Below, piece by piece: positions 36,250-38,957 of a stretch of DNA of 38,957 nucleotides (its first letter is position 1; every line of letters starts with the position of its first letter). Source of the stretch: Planctomycetes bacterium UBA1146 (GTDB lineage: Bacteria > Planctomycetota > UBA8108 > UBA1146). A program made the translations under genes and the position numbers. Location: positions 1-38,957 of the forward strand of contig CAWLAN010000003.1 of NCBI GenBank assembly GCA_963854815.1, given 5' to 3'. The notes under the pieces were generated by a model, which saw only the letters and a program-made list of their open reading frames with translations, searched no databases and had not been told where the DNA came from.

Positions 36250-37674
36250 TTGAGCCTGCCCCATTCCTGCTCGTTTCCACTCCCTCTTGCTGCTGGCATC
36301 GTTGTAATCCTCATCGGCGGCCTTATCGGTTGTCAGGGATCGGGATTCGGCAATACCAGGTCGGCGCGAAAACCACCATCGATCGTGATCTTGCTCGCCG
36401 ATGATGCCGGCTACGTCGACTTTGGTTTCACCGGTCTCCAGCAGGTTGCGACACCCCACATCGACCGGATCGCTGCCGAGGGAGTGACCTGTTCCCAGGG
36501 GTACGTGTGCGCCTCGGTGTGCAGCCCATCGAGGGCAGGCCTGTTGACCGGCCGTTACCCGCAACGATTCGGTCACGAGATGAACCTGCCTGCCGGCTCG
36601 AAGTTGGGCTTGCCAGTCACGGAACAAACCGTGGCCGATCGGTTGCAACAACACGGGTACACCACCGGAGCGATCGGCAAGTGGCATCTGGGTGAGGAGC
36701 CGCCTTTTCGTCCGTTGCGTCGCGGATTCGATGAGTTTCGCGGTTTTCTCGGGGGCTCGCGTACCTACCTGGACCGCAAGAACCTGTCGCGCAGAACCCT
36801 GTGGCTCGATGGAGATGAACCCGTGCCCTTGCCTGCCGCTTACGTCACCGATGCCATCGGATTGGAAGCGGCACGCTTCATCCGCGACCATCATTCCAGG
36901 CCTTTCTTCCTCTATGTTTCCTTCAGCGCCGTCCACACGCCGATGCAGGCTCTCGAATCCGATCTCGCCTCGGTGCCCCGAGGTGAAACTGACAAGCGCC
37001 GGAAGTTGCTGGCGATGACGATCGCCCTCGATCGCGCCGTCGGCGAGATCCTGGCAGCCATCGATGACAGCGGAATCGCCGACCATACCCTGGTGATGTT
37101 CGTCAACGACAACGGAGGTGCGACCAACAACGCCAGCGACAACGGTCCTCTGCGTGGCATGAAGGGATCGAAGTTCGAGGGTGGGATCCGGGTACCCTGG
37201 GCAACTCGCTGGCCCGGCCACATTCCAGCTGGAAGCCGATTCGATGCGCCGGTCAGCACACTCGATATCGCCGCCACCGTTTTGTCGGCAGCAAAGGTGC
37301 CGGCTGATGTGCTGCAGCAACTCGATGGCGTCGATCTCTCGGATCATCTTGGTGGGGTACGAAAAGACGCTCCCCACGAAGTTCTGTTCTGGAGGAGAGC
37401 TGTAGCCGCGGCGGTCCGCCATGGGCCGTGGAAGTTGATTCGAGTCGAAGGCCTCTCAACACAGTTGTTCCATCTCGAACAGGATCCCGGCGAGAGGGAT
37501 GACATCGCCTCGGAGCACCCGGAAATCAGCGCCGATCTACTGGCTCGCCTCGAACAGTGGGAACAAGGACTGATCGATCCCGCCTGGCAGACCGGCGAGG
37601 TGTGGCGACGTAACCAGGTCGAGAAACATCGCATCGATTTTCTCGGCAGGGCCAAGGAACGGACGCGGCCATGA
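36250..37674 (+). CDS. Arylsulfatase-like S1 sulfatase, probable lipoprotein
   Basis: LADDAG, CSPSRAGLLTGRY (formylglycine motif), GKWHLG, VHTP, NDNGG and EGGIRVP; lipobox LIGC. TTG start at 36250 is inferred. Confidence 0.92.
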   Translation: MSLPHSCSFPLPLAAGIVVILIGGLIGCQGSGFGNTRSARKPPSIVILLADDAGYVDFGFTGLQQVATPHIDRIAAEGVTCSQGYVCASVCSPSRAGLLTGRYPQRFGHEMNLPAGSKLGLPVTEQTVADRLQQHGYTTGAIGKWHLGEEPPFRPLRRGFDEFRGFLGGSRTYLDRKNLSRRTLWLDGDEPVPLPAAYVTDAIGLEAARFIRDHHSRPFFLYVSFSAVHTPMQALESDLASVPRGETDKRRKLLAMTIALDRAVGEILAAIDDSGIADHTLVMFVNDNGGATNNASDNGPLRGMKGSKFEGGIRVPWATRWPGHIPAGSRFDAPVSTLDIAATVLSAAKVPADVLQQLDGVDLSDHLGGVRKDAPHEVLFWRRAVAAAVRHGPWKLIRVEGLSTQLFHLEQDPGERDDIASEHPEISADLLARLEQWEQGLIDPAWQTGEVWRRNQVEKHRIDFLGRAKERTRP

Positions 37675-38410
37675 CCACACCTTGGCCCGGGAAATTGCTC
37701 GTCCATCTCGTCAGTCGGGTCACCATCCGAGATGGCCATCTACGATCCGCGACGCGTGTGTTGATGTTGATTTGATGTTGATGGCAGAGGGATTCACTGC
37801 GGTCTGATCTGATCCCCTCGCTGTCGGGCGCTGTCGACTCGACGTGCCACCGTCCCCCGGCGGCAATAAATTTCACCGCCCAGCACCGAAAAGTACACTT
37901 GCTGGACCATTCTGGTGATCAGCGGATCCTGTCATTCCTGTCATAGATTCGGCCTCGAACGGTCCCCATCCCCCCCCTCGGCCGGTTTGGCTCCCAGGGG
38001 CTAACCGGGTTCGACCGCGACCGGGAAGCCCCCCAGCGGCCCCTGCATCGCTCTCGTTAATGCTTCTTGGCAAACAACTTATATCAGCAATATTTGCCGT
38101 GCGTGAAAATCCGGCGGTTTCGGCGCTGAGGTTCGAAAAATGCCCAAACTTCTCCTGAGAGACCCTGTTGCGGACATCAGCATAGTCCAATAAAGTTGTA
38201 GATACGGTTTAGTGGAATCTATCCCTAAACTGCTTGGGCTGAGCGAGGTGCTCTTCTCGTGAATTTCTGCAGTGTCCTTCTCGAAGGTCACGTGGGTTCT
38301 CTGGCGGTTCCCTCGCGCATTTTAGTTGGTTCATTTGATTCTATTGGTTGTCGTCACCGAGGAGGTGTCGATTGACCTTGTCTTTTCGACAAAAGAAGGA
38401 AGGCCTTTCC

Positions 38411-38957
38411 ATGAGTGCTTATCGTTTCTGTATGACCTTCGCCGCAATGCTGGCGCTCGTCATCGCAAGTCCTGTAGTGCACGCGGATGATGAATGTGCG
38501 ACCGCAAGTCCAGTGAGCTATGGTGCCAACGCTTTTGACACCACCGGCTACACTCCAAGCGCGGAGCCAAATCCGACCGGTTGCACCAACGCTTATGGTC
38601 AGAACCTGGCCGACGGCTGGTACAGTTTCACCGCAGACTGCGATGGAACCACGACCTTCGAAACCTGCGACGCAGCTAGTTTCGACACCGACCTCGCCGT
38701 CTACGATGGTGGCTGCGGTGCTCTCAACCTGATCGCCTGTGACGGCGACGGTGGAGCGGCTGCTGGTTGTCAGGGCTTTGATTCGGCACTTACCATTTCA
38801 ACCACGGCCGGAACCACTTATCAGGTTCGAATCGGTGGCTGGGGTGGCGGCGAAGAGGGTCCTGGTACTTTGACCATCACGAACACCGCCCCCTGTCCTA
38901 CTCCTGACGAGTGCGCTGGTGCGGCTACCGTCGTCGATGGTGCCAACGCTTTTGACA
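38411..38957 (+). CDS. Secreted Cys-rich beta-sandwich repeat protein (partial; runs off the window end)
   Basis: Not in the ORF track because it has no stop in the window. ATG 38411 after AAGGAAGG; translates MSAYRFCMTFAAMLALVIASPVVHA-DDECATASPVSYGANAFDTTG...FDTDLAVY..GCG.L..IACDGDG...VRIGGW....GPGTLTIT, the same module repeated in the 13907..18190 protease. Confidence 0.85.
   Translation, partial: MSAYRFCMTFAAMLALVIASPVVHADDECATASPVSYGANAFDTTGYTPSAEPNPTGCTNAYGQNLADGWYSFTADCDGTTTFETCDAASFDTDLAVYDGGCGALNLIACDGDGGAAAGCQGFDSALTISTTAGTTYQVRIGGWGGGEEGPGTLTITNTAPCPTPDECAGAATVVDGANAFD

Noticed and set aside
27379-38410. tRNA-Sec (selC) or other tRNAs in intergenic regions
   Set aside because: No cloverleaf was found. 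The GGTTCGA near 38008 lacks supporting stems. Sec machinery, if present, lies outside this window.

Overview
High-GC bacterial chromosomal window, most likely Planctomycetota (inferred from a PVC-type heme-c/DUF1080 protein, a cohesin/dockerin-type secreted protein and a sulfatase). It holds a 10-gene Mrp/Mnh Na+/H+ antiporter operon, hemH, a glycerate-kinase-like P-loop kinase, a large lysyl-endopeptidase-like modular protease, dnaE2 with an SOS-type box, namZ, a form IV RuBisCO-like protein, two tandem gap genes, an alanine/glycine symporter, a PLP dehydratase, transketolase, a VOC protein, a sulfatase and a truncated secreted repeat protein. The main result is a probable exported selenoprotein locus at about 26.4-30.2 kb that the ORF track splits. 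A TlpA-like thioredoxin reads WATW-UGA-GPC (UxxC). A divergent pair of DUF1573-type Ig-like paralogues carries C-G-C in one copy and UGA-G-C in the other. Both UGAs are followed by a hairpin whose loop starts 16 nt downstream. Also notable: a GAPDH paralogue with its catalytic Cys replaced by Ser, translationally coupled to a normal GAPDH. No tRNA, rRNA, CRISPR array or mobile element was seen. All family calls come from motif recognition by eye, not database searches.
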